Positions 37,034-49,010 of a stretch of 64,000 bases of DNA are shown here, in pieces (position 1 is the first letter of the stretch; each line of letters opens with the position of its first letter). The notes beneath the pieces were generated by a model that did no database searches, was not told where the DNA came from, and was given only the letters and a program-made list of their open reading frames with translations. The stretch covers positions 1,178,001 through 1,242,000 of the forward strand of contig JAWMAR010000396.1 of the NCBI GenBank assembly GCA_036785375.1, given 5' to 3'. The stretch is from Leucoraja ocellata (taxonomy: Eukaryota). Both the position numbers and the translations under genes were made by a program.

Positions 37034-38032
37034 CTAGAGCTCGGACTTGCCACTGAGCGAGCTCTCGTTGGTCTTGGTCTCGTGGCTGACGGACTGCGTC
37101 CTCTTCCTACGGCCGCATACGAAGTGGCAGAATCGCTCGCGGAACTTCTCGCCGACGAAGAAGTAGACGATGGGGTCGAGGCAGCTGTTGAGGCTGGTGA
37201 GGCAGGAGGTGATGCGGTTGCTGAGGGCCATCAGCCGCCGCTGCCGGCAGCCGACCTGCGCCGTGCCGCTGGTCAGGATGTAGAGGTAGCGGTTGATGTG
37301 GTACGGCACAAAGCAGATGAGGAAGATGGTCAGCACCAGGATGATCATCTTGATGGCCTTGTCCTTCAGGTGCCTCTCGATGCGGTTGCCCCGGCGGAGG
37401 CTGTGGATGATGAGCAGGTAGCAGGTCACGGTGATCACGAAGGGAACCACAAAGCCCACCGTCAGGGGCACCAGGGCGAAGGTGGAGGTCTTCTCGCGGT
37501 AGAGCTGGAGGCAGACGGTGGTGGTGTTGCTGCTCTGCAGGGTCTGCGGCGCTCCCAGCATGGGAGCCACCCCCACCACCACCAACACCCACAGCGCCAC
37601 ACAGGCCATGTTGGCATAGAGCGGCTTGCGGAAGCGCATGGACCTGACCGGGTAGACGATGGCCAGGAAGCGGTCGGCGCTGATGCAGGTGAGGAAGAAG
37701 ATGCTGGCATACATGTTGAGGTAGAAGAGGAAGCCGGTGATGCGGCAAGGCACCTCGCCGAACGGCCAGTGGTTCTGGCTCAGGTGGTAGACCATGCGCA
37801 TGGGCAGGATCAGTACGTAGGACAGGTCGGCCACTGCCAGGTGCATCAGGTAGATGTTAGTGGTGGTGTTGGTGTTGTTGTCGCAGGAGAAGACCCACAC
37901 AGCGAGGATGTTGCCCACAAACGCCAGCACAAACACCACCCCGTAGAAGGAGGAGAAGAAGAGGTTCTCCTCGGCACTCTCCTGGCCACACTGTGGACCA
38001 CTGGCATTGCTGGGCAGGAGTGGGTACGCCAT
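37034..38032 (-). CDS. GPR17: G protein-coupled receptor 17, 332 aa, single coding exon
   Basis: 7TM ORF with QCGQE, LMHLAVADL, NHWPFGE, GFLFYLNMYAS, ADRFLAIV, CLQLYREK, PYHINR, DPIVY and C-terminal KTNESSLSGKSEL, as in human GPR17. Kozak GCGACCATGG at 38032; acceptor TTGTTTTCCAG just before 38077. Confidence 0.97.
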   Translation of the reverse strand: MAYPLLPSNASGPQCGQESAEENLFFSSFYGVVFVLAFVGNILAVWVFSCDNNTNTTTNIYLMHLAVADLSYVLILPMRMVYHLSQNHWPFGEVPCRITGFLFYLNMYASIFFLTCISADRFLAIVYPVRSMRFRKPLYANMACVALWVLVVVGVAPMLGAPQTLQSSNTTTVCLQLYREKTSTFALVPLTVGFVVPFVITVTCYLLIIHSLRRGNRIERHLKDKAIKMIILVLTIFLICFVPYHINRYLYILTSGTAQVGCRQRRLMALSNRITSCLTSLNSCLDPIVYFFVGEKFRERFCHFVCGRRKRTQSVSHETKTNESSLSGKSEL

Positions 38033-38124
38033 GGTCGCCCTCACAGAGTGCAGGCCACGCACAGCTTCACTGGACGCCTGGAAAACAAGCAGAGGCTGAA
38101 GATCAAAACCTGTCCACGCTGGAG

Positions 38125-38320
38125 GTCAGAAATCAAAGCAGGAAACACTCAGCACACCAGGCAGCATCTGTGGAGAGTGAAATGGTTATCGTTTCTAATC
38201 TGAGAACCTTTGCCAGAACCCATGGCTCTGACAATGGAGTCTTGATCCGAGACATTAACTCTGTTTCTCTCTCCACGGATTTGTTCAGTGTTTTCTATCT
38301 ATTTCCACATCTTGCAGATG
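38125..38320. mobile_element. Old Penelope-derived fold-back element
   Basis: GCAGCATCTGTGGAGAG..TTTCTCTCTCCACGGAT inverted arms; same family as 51330-51510. Confidence 0.6.
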
Positions 38321-41300
38321 GTTGCTGCGATTTGTGAGGCTCATTGCAAACTCACTACTTCTTGTATACTGTGTATATCCGACTAAAGATTCTTTGTTTT
38401 TTTTCATCCATTTCCCTTTTGCATTTATGGTCTAAACACATGCACTGTCACTTCCCTCTGTGTAATAAGGACTCTCTTTGCAAACTGCTCGGTGTGCATT
38501 TTCTATTCTAATGGATGATCATAACTTCAAATGTGGATTATCTTCCTTTCTCCACAGATGCAGCCTGACCTGTTGAGTATTTCCATCACTTTCCTTTTTT
38601 AATTTCTATTCTATACAAACTACTATCAATTGTCAGCGCTGCTGACTGTGCTTTCACTGAACCCCATTATGAAGGCTTCATTGCAAACTGCTAATTGCAT
38701 TCGCAGAGCTCATTACAGCTGTTCACTGTGAATCGAAACAGTTTCATTACAAACTGCTAACCATGCACTTGCATTAGACAAAATGTGTTAGAAGGAACTG
38801 CAGATGCTGGTTTAAACCGAAGATAGACACAAAATTAGACAATTGTTTGAGGGCCAGAGGCAGACTTTGAGCTGTGTGCAATATACACATGGTCTTTAAG
38901 AGATATAGATGTGCAAGAAGTGTACAAGGAAACATAAAACAATACTGTAGGTGTGTTTGGCTTCTATAATGAATGTTAGCCTGCAGCATAGTGTGCAGAC
39001 TGTTGAAATAAATCCTACAAATGGTGACAAATGTTTAGTAACATTGCAAGTAATGCAGTAATAAATATGACAGGTAATCTTTGTAGCCCACAATAAGGAA
39101 CCTATCCCATAGTGGTGACTGCAGTATAGTCAGTAATCAGAGCATGTACTATAATTTTAATTTAATGGATTTTGCTGCTTTTATAAATGTTTTGGTGTGA
39201 ATGTGTGTACATACATATCCATTACCTCAAGTTCCGCATATTTTTAGATAGTTATTAAGATAGTTTAGATAGTTATTAAGAGTCCCTCAACTTTAAACTG
39301 CCTCAACACATATCCAGCTGCCTATAATAATCAATATTACTTGCAGAGAGAGATGAATGTAACCTTCACAGTGAGTATGTGGTGTAAGGTCCCCGTTGTA
39401 ATAAATGAACAGACAGTTAAGATTATGCTAATTGCATAATGATGATTATGCATTGATGAAATGAGCCTGCTGTGATGAGTGGCAAACGTTGTGTGGAATG
39501 GAGCTACCACTTGTGGCCAGTAGGGGTCAACACCGCTCAGTCCGGCGCGTGACAGAGACACCACATGGAAACAGGCCCTTTGGCCTACTGAGTCTGCGCC
39601 AACCATCAACTGCCCATTTACTGTAATCCTACGTTGATCCCATTTTTACTCCCTGCATTCTCAACAATACCTCCGAGGGTCTAGCACTCGCCTCTACACT
39701 AGGAGCAATTTACAACAGCCAGTACACCTAACAACCCATGTGGCTTTTCGATGTGGGAGCAAACCGGAGTACTTGAAGGTAACCCACACGATCTCAAGGA
39801 GGACGTGCAAACTCCACACAAGCAGGGCCAGAGACCAGGATTGAACCTGGTTCTCTGGTGCTGTGAGGTGGCAGTTCTGCCCGCTGTGCCACTGGTGTGC
39901 GATTTCTGTGGGCTACAGGGAATGAATGAGGAGAAAGGAGCTTTCAGTGGTATCCATGTGAGTAAGTTGTTCTTAAAACTGGACAAAGGTAAAATAAATA
40001 GTTACAAAGAATTAGTTATAAAAATAAAAATTAGTCAATAATATCATCACCGGCACAAACAACATAACTGTGCTGGTTGGCTTCAAGGTTTATTTCAGCA
40101 ACTGCCCTTGTAATGATGGAGTGATGGATGCGAGATCCACACTGCCCTAATTTGACAATAGGAAGCAACTGACAATTTTGTCAACTTTGAGTTATTGCTT
40201 GTTTTAGGGTATTTGAGATATGCTCTACACAATGGTGAACAAAATAAGTCTTCTCTGAGTACAATTTGAAAATATTTATACCAGAGAAGTAAGAAATTCC
40301 ATCACAGAGAGCTGAAAGAAAAAGACGTTTTCCTCATTTACAAGAAAACGCCTTTCTGTCAGTTGCATCATTTTGTCAAAGTAGGGCAGCATACACCTCA
40401 AGACAGACACAAAATGCTGGAGTAACTCAGCGGGTCAGGCAGCATCTCTGGATAGAAAGAATGGTCGTTTCAGGTCGAGACCCTTCTTCAGACTCAAAAT
40501 CAAACACCTCATCCTGGATTCTCCTTGGCTTCAGAGGGTGACTGGAGAGCCCGTGTCGGCTGGTCAATGGAAGCTCCTCTCCCCTGGTGTTCAGGAGGGG
40601 GAGTTGGCAGTGGGCACCCTCTCCACACCACCTTTACTGCAATTCTCAATCATTTTGCCAATGTGACTGATAAGGTTTTCATTGCAGAGATTCAAACAGG
40701 CGAGGACATGGAGAGATGGGAAATTAAAAGAAAGACAAGATGGAGAGAAATGAAAGCCAGTGGTTTGATTTTCAACAGGGCTCCGACTGGCTGAATTTTG
40801 AGATGCATTTTGTTAGACTAAGAAAGAAAGCAAACGACCAGTGAGGGTCGACACATCCCACACACGGTGACTGCAAATCTAACAAAGAGTTGTGAGACAA
40901 AGAACAAGGACTCAGGATTTCTCAGCAAGCTGCTGAACTCTCTCGTTGCTTACTCTGCACAGGGTGCCTGTCGGAAAGCACTGGATAAGATTCAGTTACC
41001 AGAGATAGAAGCTGTTCCGCTAAAAAGAATGCAAGGAATGCTTTGCTCAGACCCCGAGCCCTCCTTCATCCTCCTTTGGCCAGCGGTTCAATGGAACAGC
41101 CCCCAGACAGGGCCAGACTGAGGTTGAGTTTGTAATGACTCTTGGAGGCGTTCTCTGATACCCTACTCAGACAATCTTCAAACATTCTTCAAAGCGACTT
41201 GGAGAGACTCGGGGGGATTCTGTAGTGACTAGGGATCATCTGACACAAAGCACCTTCTCACCAGAATCAGGCAGGCTGATGGAGAAAGACCAGCTGCATC

Positions 41301-42954
41301 TCTCTATCACTCTTCTTCCCCTCTCTCTCGCTCTATGTGCTAGCTCCTCTTTCTTGCTGTCTTTTGGATTTTCCCTTCTGCACGCTCTTTGTTCCATTGT
41401 AGATTTAGAATTTCCATGTGACATAGAGCAAGGCTATTCAGTACTTTGAGTCTATGCTGGCTCTCAGAGTAATCCCATTCCCCAGTCACCTATTCTCACT
41501 AGGAAGCCCATGTTCCCTCTGACTCGACCCACAAACTCGGGACAATATTCAGCATCCGATTAATCGACTGACCGACATGTCTGGGATGTGGGAGGAAAGC
41601 AGAGCAGGTGAGGGAGTATGTGTGAACCACACAGACAGCGCCGGAGGTCAGGACTTATCTCTTCCTTGTCTCTTCCCCTTGCCAATGTCTTTTTCCCTTC
41701 TCTCTCAAACCTCTTCCTCTCCTCTTCCCCAGCTGCGTCGCCCTAGCTTGAGCTGTCTGAGTGGTCTGGCAGGAGGTGGGGGGGGGGGGGGGGGGGGGGG
41801 GAGATAGTGGTGGATGGGGTGGGATGTAGAAGGGGGATAAAGAACCAAATGCTGCAGTTGGGTGAGGGTAGAAAGGTAGGAGAAACATAGGAGGGGTGGG
41901 TGGGGGTGGGGGGGGGGGGGGGGGGGCAAAGGGTGGTTTAGGGAAGTCTGAGGAACTGTGCCAGGAGCTACCTATTTATCCTAATACCCATTTATCTAAT
42001 TATTTTATCTATTTATCTATCTACTTAATCTATCTGACAATCCCTAGATATTCCCATCTCAGGGTGTTATTCCATTTTGTTTTCCCCCAGCTCTGATGAG
42101 TTATCTATACATCTTCTATGCTGTTTCTCTCCAGTTAATCTGCCTGCTTTCTACAGACTATATCAGTTTGCAAAGTTTCCCAGATTTGAAAAGGAGATTA
42201 TGTGCCTGCTGCTGTATATACTGTTGTATCGAAGTCTGACACACGCTTCTGAAGCTGTACCCTTTGCTCTGCTTACTCCAGCAGCATGAATGTAAACATT
42301 CAGAATTTGATTGCTGGTGCCATTGGATTGGCATGTAGTTTGTACGACAAACCTCCTACAATGAGCTTTTGATTGCTCTCCAAGGCTGCATCAAAGTGAG
42401 GGTTTGGTAAAACACAGCAAGGTATGTGTTACTGCGCTTTGCTGTGCAAAGTCACAGCATGCAACAAACAGCTCCCTTCCTGAGCTCCAGAGCGCGAGTT
42501 TTCTCATCAAGTATTTAAAGTGCAGAATAACACAATTACAGCATTACCTCACTATTGAAGGTTCCTGGAAACTATTAAAGAAGTCAATGAGATAGCAGCA
42601 AACATGGGGATGTTTGCACTGAGATAAAAGGATTCCAGGAAAGACTTTGCTGAAACTATTGTTTTGTTGCACGAGGTCCTAAGATAGTTTTTCTCTCCCT
42701 TTTTCCTCATCCTGTTCTATGATTATTTCCCCCTGGTTATTACATTCTCTTCTCGCTTGCTCTGGGTCTTGCCTCTCTCTTTCCTCTCTCTATCAGCCTG
42801 TCACCGCTTTATTTATCAACCCCCCCTGCCCATCGCCTCCTCTTCCTCTCCCCTCCCATGCCCACCGTCTCCCTTCCCTACCTCTCTCCTCCACGCACAG
42901 CAGCTCCCTTTGTTTCCCGCACTGCAAACTGCAACATGCTGCACACTGACTTAC

Positions 42955-43115
42955 CTGCTGCCAGTGACATCCCAGCCGGTGCTCAGCAAGAAAGGGTCCC
43001 ACGCCTGAATTCTGCCTCGAAATCCACCTGCGGTGTTTATACAGTGAAAGGTGAGGTACTAAATCAGACGAGAGCTGTACATTTCCCAAATACGCTTCCA
43101 ACCAGAGCTGAGTGA
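42955..43115 (-). other. GPR17: Candidate non-coding first exon of GPR17
   Basis: Consensus donor CAG|GTAAGT on - at 42955/42954, about 190 bp downstream of a TATA box; 5' boundary estimated. Confidence 0.65.
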
Positions 43116-43140
43116 GTCAGTCTGACAGAGGGTGTTTCTC

Positions 43141-43210
43141 TTTTATAAGTGATACAGCGGCTGGCGACAGGCTATTGTTCAGCAGCCAACAGAGGGAGCT
43201 CATTGTTTGC
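43141..43210 (-). promoter_or_regulatory. GPR17: Candidate GPR17 core promoter: TATAAAA plus SOX-type sites
   Basis: TATAAAA on - at 43147-43141; AACAAT on - at 43174-43179 and 43202-43207; repeat-free context. Confidence 0.6.
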
Positions 43211-43999
43211 CGTATGAAAAGAATTTCAATTTTTTTTCGCTCCCTAAAAGTTTGATAAGAGGATCTTTATGATTTTTTTTTCTGTGTGAATCCTTTATAG
43301 GGGTCTTGGAGCGGGTCAATGTTGCTCGGCGTGCTTCACTGTGGGGCTGTGTCACCCGCTGCTCACAATGAGAAGTTTCAGTTCTGGCACATCAGCCCAG
43401 AGACAGCGGTGGCAGTGAGGAGGGAGGCTGGGAGGCCTAGCAACCAAGGAAGGCTGCTGAAAAATGCACTGCACTTCTGCGTCTCAGACCCATGAAACAG
43501 AGGCGTGTTTAGTGCGCCAGTGCCCCGAGATAATATAATCTCCCTGTCTCGCCCTCACGCTCCACTGAATAAAGTGAGCGCATTCTGTGTGGCCGCTGGG
43601 TGGGACAAGGGACCCTTATTTAAGTTAACGCAGCTTTAGCCGATCACCTCCTACGTGAATTGGTGGAATTGGGGGTCTAAAAGAGTCGTAGAGCTGCATT
43701 ACTCCCACCCACTGAGCAACAGGTACGGAATGTGAGGCGATCCTGTACAGTGAATATTGTCTGTGTTGGATCAGTCTGATGAAAGGTCCTGGCTCAAAAT
43801 GGCATCTGTCCATTCCCTCTACATATGCTGCCTGATCTGCTAAGTCTTTCCAGCTCAACATTCCAGCATCTGTAATCTCTTGTGTTGACAATAACTGTGA
43901 CACGGAATGGATACAAAGCACAAGTTTTGTAATGCATAACATTTTGTCGGTACTAACTGACATTATCTAATACAGAGTAGAATGCATGCAAGACCTCTC

Positions 44000-44410
44000 G
44001 ACTAAGTAACACTGGAACAGGTCCTAAATGATAACTGTCCCTACTAATGGAGGGCAGCTCCCTGAAACAAATTGACCAGTCAACTACAGAGTGGGTCCCA
44101 GCTCATGCAAAGTGGATCCTGGGCACAACTTGACCCTGTCCATTGCCCAGTGACCCCTTGATGTAAATTGGCCCTATCCATTGGGGATCAGATCCCAGAC
44201 ACTCAGTGTCTGGGACAACAATTTGCCCCGTCCAATACAATGTGAATCTTCGGCTACTGATTCTCTCCAATCTTGAGCAGGTCCTCGATACTTAAAGTCA
44301 CTCTCCAATGCAGTGCAGGACCCAGAGGTTAATTAACTTTGTGCTGTGTAATGCAGAGATTCAACAATTGATCCCATCCAACATGGTGCATGTGCTGTTC
44401 CCACGTGATT
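44000..44410. repeat. Degenerate ~37-bp minisatellite
   Basis: Recurrent AATTGACCCTGTCCAAT..CAGGTCCC-like units. Confidence 0.55.
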
Positions 44411-44494
44411 ACCATCTGAGCCAAGCGCATTCAAACCTTTTTAAAAACGTTTACAACACAGACCAGATTCTAGAATTATAGTGGATGAAATCTA

Positions 44495-45010
44495 TAGCTG
44501 GGCACTGATATTTTTTAACCATCTATAATCTGGCACTGATGATTTAATGAGCATTAACCAGACGCTGAAGTTTCAACTGTCTGTGACTGGGACTAATATA
44601 TTCATAATATGTAACTGGACCCTGATATTTTAACATTATCTGGACAATTATGGTTTACTGATCAAGGAACCAGGCATTGATGGTTTAATCAAAATTAACT
44701 GGGCACAGATATTTTAATCAGCTATAAATAGACACTAATACTGGGATACATAACTAGATAATGAAGTGCAAATCAGTATTAACCAGCCAATTATGTTTGT
44801 TTTTTACCAGGCTCTGTTCTTTTAAAACTAAAACTGGATATGGATATTTTAAACATTCATAAGTGAGTGCTGATGGTTTGATCAAGTATAAAAGAGTTCT
44901 GATGTGTTAATCATTTATGTCATTATCAGCATTAATCAAACACTGAAGTTTTAAACCACATAACTCAGGGGCAATGTTTGAATCCTCTGTAATCACCCAT
45001 TGATGTCTTT
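44495..45010 (+). repeat. Degenerate ~30-bp minisatellite
   Basis: Recurrent GGCACTGATATTTTAATCAG..TAAC units. Confidence 0.7.
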
Positions 45011-45064
45011 AGTCATGCTAATCAAAGCACAATTTCCTAGGTTTATGAGCCTCCCCCCCAGCCT

Positions 45065-45750
45065 AAAGTTCAACTTTATTAACATATGCACAAGTCTGGT
45101 GAAAGGTACAGGTACAATTTAAATCTTGCTTGGAACACCTTCACAGGTCCATAGACAGACAAATAAATAAACCAGCATCTGCAGTTATTTCCTGAACATA
45201 AAAACAGATTACACGTTACATTCTAAAAGCAAGAAGACTGTATAAAAATCAAGACATTAATGCAAAAACATGATTAGAAAATAAACAAGTCCATGTTAAG
45301 GCAAGAGGTGTGCTGTAGTGATCCGTTGCTGAGGTATGTTGTGATAGGTTTGTTTAAGAACCTGATTGTTGTAGAAAAGTAATTGTTCTTGAACCTGGTG
45401 AGGTGGAACGTCAGGTTTTTGTACCACCTGCTCGAAGGTTGCAGTGAGAAGAGGGCATGGTCTGGATGGGGGGGGGGATCCTTGATGATAGGTGCTGCTA
45501 TCTTGAGGTAACATTTCATGTAGATGTAGATGTAGGTCCCGTCATGGACCGGCTGAGACCACCACACTATGTAGCCTCTTGTATTCCTGTGTGCTGGAAT
45601 TTCCATATCAGGCAATGCTGCAACCAGTCAGGGTACTTTCCACAGTACATCTGTGGAGGTTTGCTGGAGTACTTCGAGACATACAGAACTTCTTTAAACT
45701 TCTAAGAAAACAGAGAACTACCTTCTTTGTGGTAGTCTTGGCCCAGGACT
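45065..45750 (-). mobile_element. Rex-Babar-type LINE 3' fragment
   Basis: Minus ORF IIKDPPPHPDHALFSLQPSSRWYKNL..TRFKNNYFSTTIRFLN. Confidence 0.75.
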
Positions 45751-46263
45751 GGTCAAATTCTCAGGTTTCAGTTCAAATTCTCAGGTTTCAGTTCAAATTC
45801 TGTCCAAACAATAACAAACAAATAATTATTTCCTGTTTTAATACTGTAGCAGTGTAGCTTGTCTTTTATGTATACCAATTTGTTTCAACATTTATCAGTC
45901 CTGGAATCTCAGTAGACGGGAGTCTACATTCTAGCCATCCTCCCTTGACTTCAAAGCTTCCCCAGTTTACAAACTAAATTAAACTTTTATCATAAACAAT
46001 AGCTGTTTGACTTCCCTGTGCATTAAACACTGACATTCAACTATGTCGACAACATTCATTTGATTTGCTTTTCCGGAACTGAAACCAGGGTATTAAAAAA
46101 AACTTAGGAAATTGTGCTTTCGTTAGCATGGCTGAAAACATCAGTGGCTGATTATAGAGGATTAAAACATTGGTGCCCGATTTACGTTGATTAAAACTTC
46201 AATGCTCGATCAATGCTGACTATAACATGAGTAACTAGATTAACACATCAGTGTCCAGTTATA

Positions 46264-46360
46264 GGTACACAAAAATGCTGGAGAAACTCAGCGGGCGCAG
46301 CAGCATCTATTGAGCGAAGGAAATAGGCAACGGTTCGGGCCGAAACCCTTCTTCAGACTG
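46264..46360 (-). mobile_element. Solo ~97-bp Penelope terminal unit
   Basis: Same unit as 502-597, flanked by AGTGTCCAGTTATA / AGTGACCAGTTATA. Confidence 0.75.
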
Positions 46361-46699
46361 AGTGACCAGTTATAAATGATTAAAGCATTAGTTATGGATG
46401 ATTAAAATGTCATTTCATCAACCAAAACACAAAGCAAGATACTGGCCTGAAAACTATCAACTTCATTAGTTTCTGTTTGACTGATAAACAGTAGAGAATA
46501 TTGGTGTTACAGTAGTGTAGAGGCCAGGTTACTGAATGCAAGTTCTGGATCTCCAATCCAGAGAAATGTATCCAGATTCTTTCATGGTAGGAGGGGAAGT
46601 TCAATTCAAATAATTAATTAAATATGAAATGTTATAAGTTGCTAGTTGTAGTAATGGATTGCCATAATAACTCATCACTCTCACTCTTCATTGTATTGG

Positions 46700-47530
46700 T
46701 ATTGATATTGTTTTATTATTGTCACGTACACGAGGATACAGTTAAAATGTGTTTGCGTGTTGTCCAGCCAATTCCTACCATACATCAGCACAATCAAGGC
46801 AAGTACAATGGTGCAACGAGACAAATAAACTGAGTGCAGAATACAGTGTTACAGCTACAGAGATGGTGCAGATAAAAAATGTGCAAGGGCTGCAATGCGA
46901 TAGGGTGGGAGGTCAGGACCACACTTTTTGCTTATGACAGGACTGTTCAGTAGTCTGGTAACAGTGGGGCAGAAGCTGTTCCAGAATCTGGGGGTATGTG
47001 CTATCAAGCTTTGTATCTTCTGCCCGATGAGAGAGGGGAGTAATGGGAAAGACCAGGGTGTGAGTAGTCCTTGATTATGTTGGCTGCTTACCAGAGGCAA
47101 CCAGTGTGCATGGAGTCAATTGGGATGAGGCTGGTTTGTATGATGGACTGGGCTACATCCATAACTCTCTGCAATTTTTATTATCGTGGGCAGCGCTATT
47201 GCCAAATTCCCAATAGGATGCTATTTCCAATAGGAAGCCATCTACTAAACATGTGTAGAAGTTGATAATAGTCAATGGAACCATACTCCTTGGTCTTTTG
47301 AGGAAGTTGAGGCAATAGTGTGGTCTCTTGGCTTTAATGTGGATGACCCTGGACAAATGGTTGGTGAATTTTATGTTCACTGAGTTGGATGATCAGCCAT
47401 GATCATATTGAATGGCGGTGCAGGCTCGAAGGGCCGAATGGCCTACTCCTGCACCTATTTTCTATGTTTCTATGTCTTGGAACTTGAAGCTCTCAACCAT
47501 CTCCACATCAGCACCATTCATGCTGACTAG
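46700..47530 (-). mobile_element. Rex-Babar-type LINE fragment containing a short CR1 tail (47385-47475)
   Basis: Minus ORFs ..IQSLIAHTPRFWNSFCPTVTRLLN and ..HYCLNFLKRPR..INFYTC. Confidence 0.7.
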
Positions 47531-48719
47531 GGCGTGTAGGACGGCACGGTAAACCAACCTGAAGGCTCGTTCGAGCTGCCCGAAAGCTCGTTGGACGGTG
47601 TAACTGGGAGGGAGCTGGAGATGTCAGATGCGAGGAGTTAGGGCAGGTAAGATGGTGAACCAGGGTATTGCCTCGAACGCCTTCCAAGCCAGCTGCCAGC
47701 AGCAATCCCCTGGACACAAAGATGACCAGACGAGGAGAGGGACGTCGGTTCGTGGGAACTACTCTAGTACATGGAGCGCATGGACCGACCAGACTTTGGA
47801 CTTTAAATAATGGCACTAAAAATGGCGGTGCCAGCATGAGTATTATATCTACTGCTGCACCACTGGTCCCCAAAGATCAGTCCCACATGCTAATTGGGTC
47901 AATGTTAAATGTTCCTGAACAGTGGATGCACTTTATCATAGATTTTTCCTGGTATTTCGAGCTGGTATTTTCCTGGTGCCCATTGATCGACCCTGTGAAG
48001 GTCGAAGACCCATCTCCCCTTCCACAAAACTCTGCAGCCGTCAATCTGCAGACTTGACTCGAGTTGCTTTCATTCAGTGTGTGGCCAGAAAGAAAGTTAA
48101 AGCAATTCTGAGGGTCAAAGGTAAATGAATGCTAAGTGAATCATTACGGAAACAGCTGCCGCTGTTCATGATACCCTGAACATACCTCCCGTTTGACCCA
48201 TAGAGGCTCTTCCACTTGCTGTTAATATGCAGTGTATTGAAGTCATGACTAAATCTCTGGAAGAAAGCAATTTTACAAAGAAAGAAGCTTTGCTTTCACA
48301 AGAGCTGTGCCAAATAGTCAGTTGGGAATATATGCCCATGAAGATGAGTTCAGTGGGTACAGCCGGTGCCTTACAACGCCAGAGACCTAGCTAACATCCT
48401 GACCACAGGCAATGTCTTTATGGAATTTGCATGCTCGTCCTGTAATCGTGTCCATTTCCCCCGGGTGCTCCAGTTTCTTCTGACATCCCACAGATGTGGG
48501 TTAATTGGCTGCTGCAATTTGCCCCGAGTGCGCAGGTGAGTGGTTGGAACTGTGGGAGCTAATGGGCATGTGAGAATAAAGTGGTACTGGTATGAATGGG
48601 TGCCCGATTATCGGCAAGGAGTCAGTAGGCTGAAAGGGCTGTTTCCAGCTGCCTGACTCACCATCTCATTGATAATTGATGGGACTCATGACTCCTATCG
48701 GGGTGCATCATACCTTTGG

Positions 48720-49010
48720 CAGGCACAAAAGCTTCAAACCACATTCTACCAGATTCAAGAATAACCTCTTCCCTGCTCTTATCAGACTCTTGAACAGATC
48801 TCACATATGCTATGGATGAAATCCCGATCTTCCAATCGCCCTCATTTTGGCTCTTGCACTTTTTTCCTGCACTTTTCTCTATCTAACACCATATTCTGTA
48901 CTCTTTCTGATTTGCACTACCTGATGCACTCGTGTATGATATGATCTGTCTGGATAGCATGCAAAACAAAGTTTTTCACTGTACCTCGGTACATATGACA
49001 ATAATAATCC
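48720..49010 (+). mobile_element. Rex-Babar-type LINE 3' tail
   Basis: ACCAGATTCAAGAATAACCTCTTCCC..TTTTCACTGTACCTCGGTACATATGACAATAA. Confidence 0.65.

Noticed and set aside
38033-38062. ORF-track N-terminal extension of GPR17 (342 aa)
   Set aside because: Starts at GTG. The ATG at 38032 has a strong Kozak context and gives a length close to the short human isoform.
37001-38203. 400-aa ORF on + overlapping GPR17
   Set aside because: Antisense shadow of a GC3-rich coding sequence. Non-ATG start, no recognisable domain, and it runs into a repeat.
41778-41926. Poly-G runs (also ~27114, 28276, 33185, 58014) as functional G-quadruplexes
   Set aside because: Simple homopolymers in low-complexity DNA with unreliable lengths; nothing supports a specific function.
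44000-45010. Repeat array considered as CRISPR-like
   Set aside because: Vertebrate DNA, degenerate contiguous units without unique spacers, and no cas genes.
47569-47600. CTGAAGG..GAAAG as another hammerhead
   Set aside because: Lacks A9 of CUGANGA, and helix II is not adjacent to GAAA.
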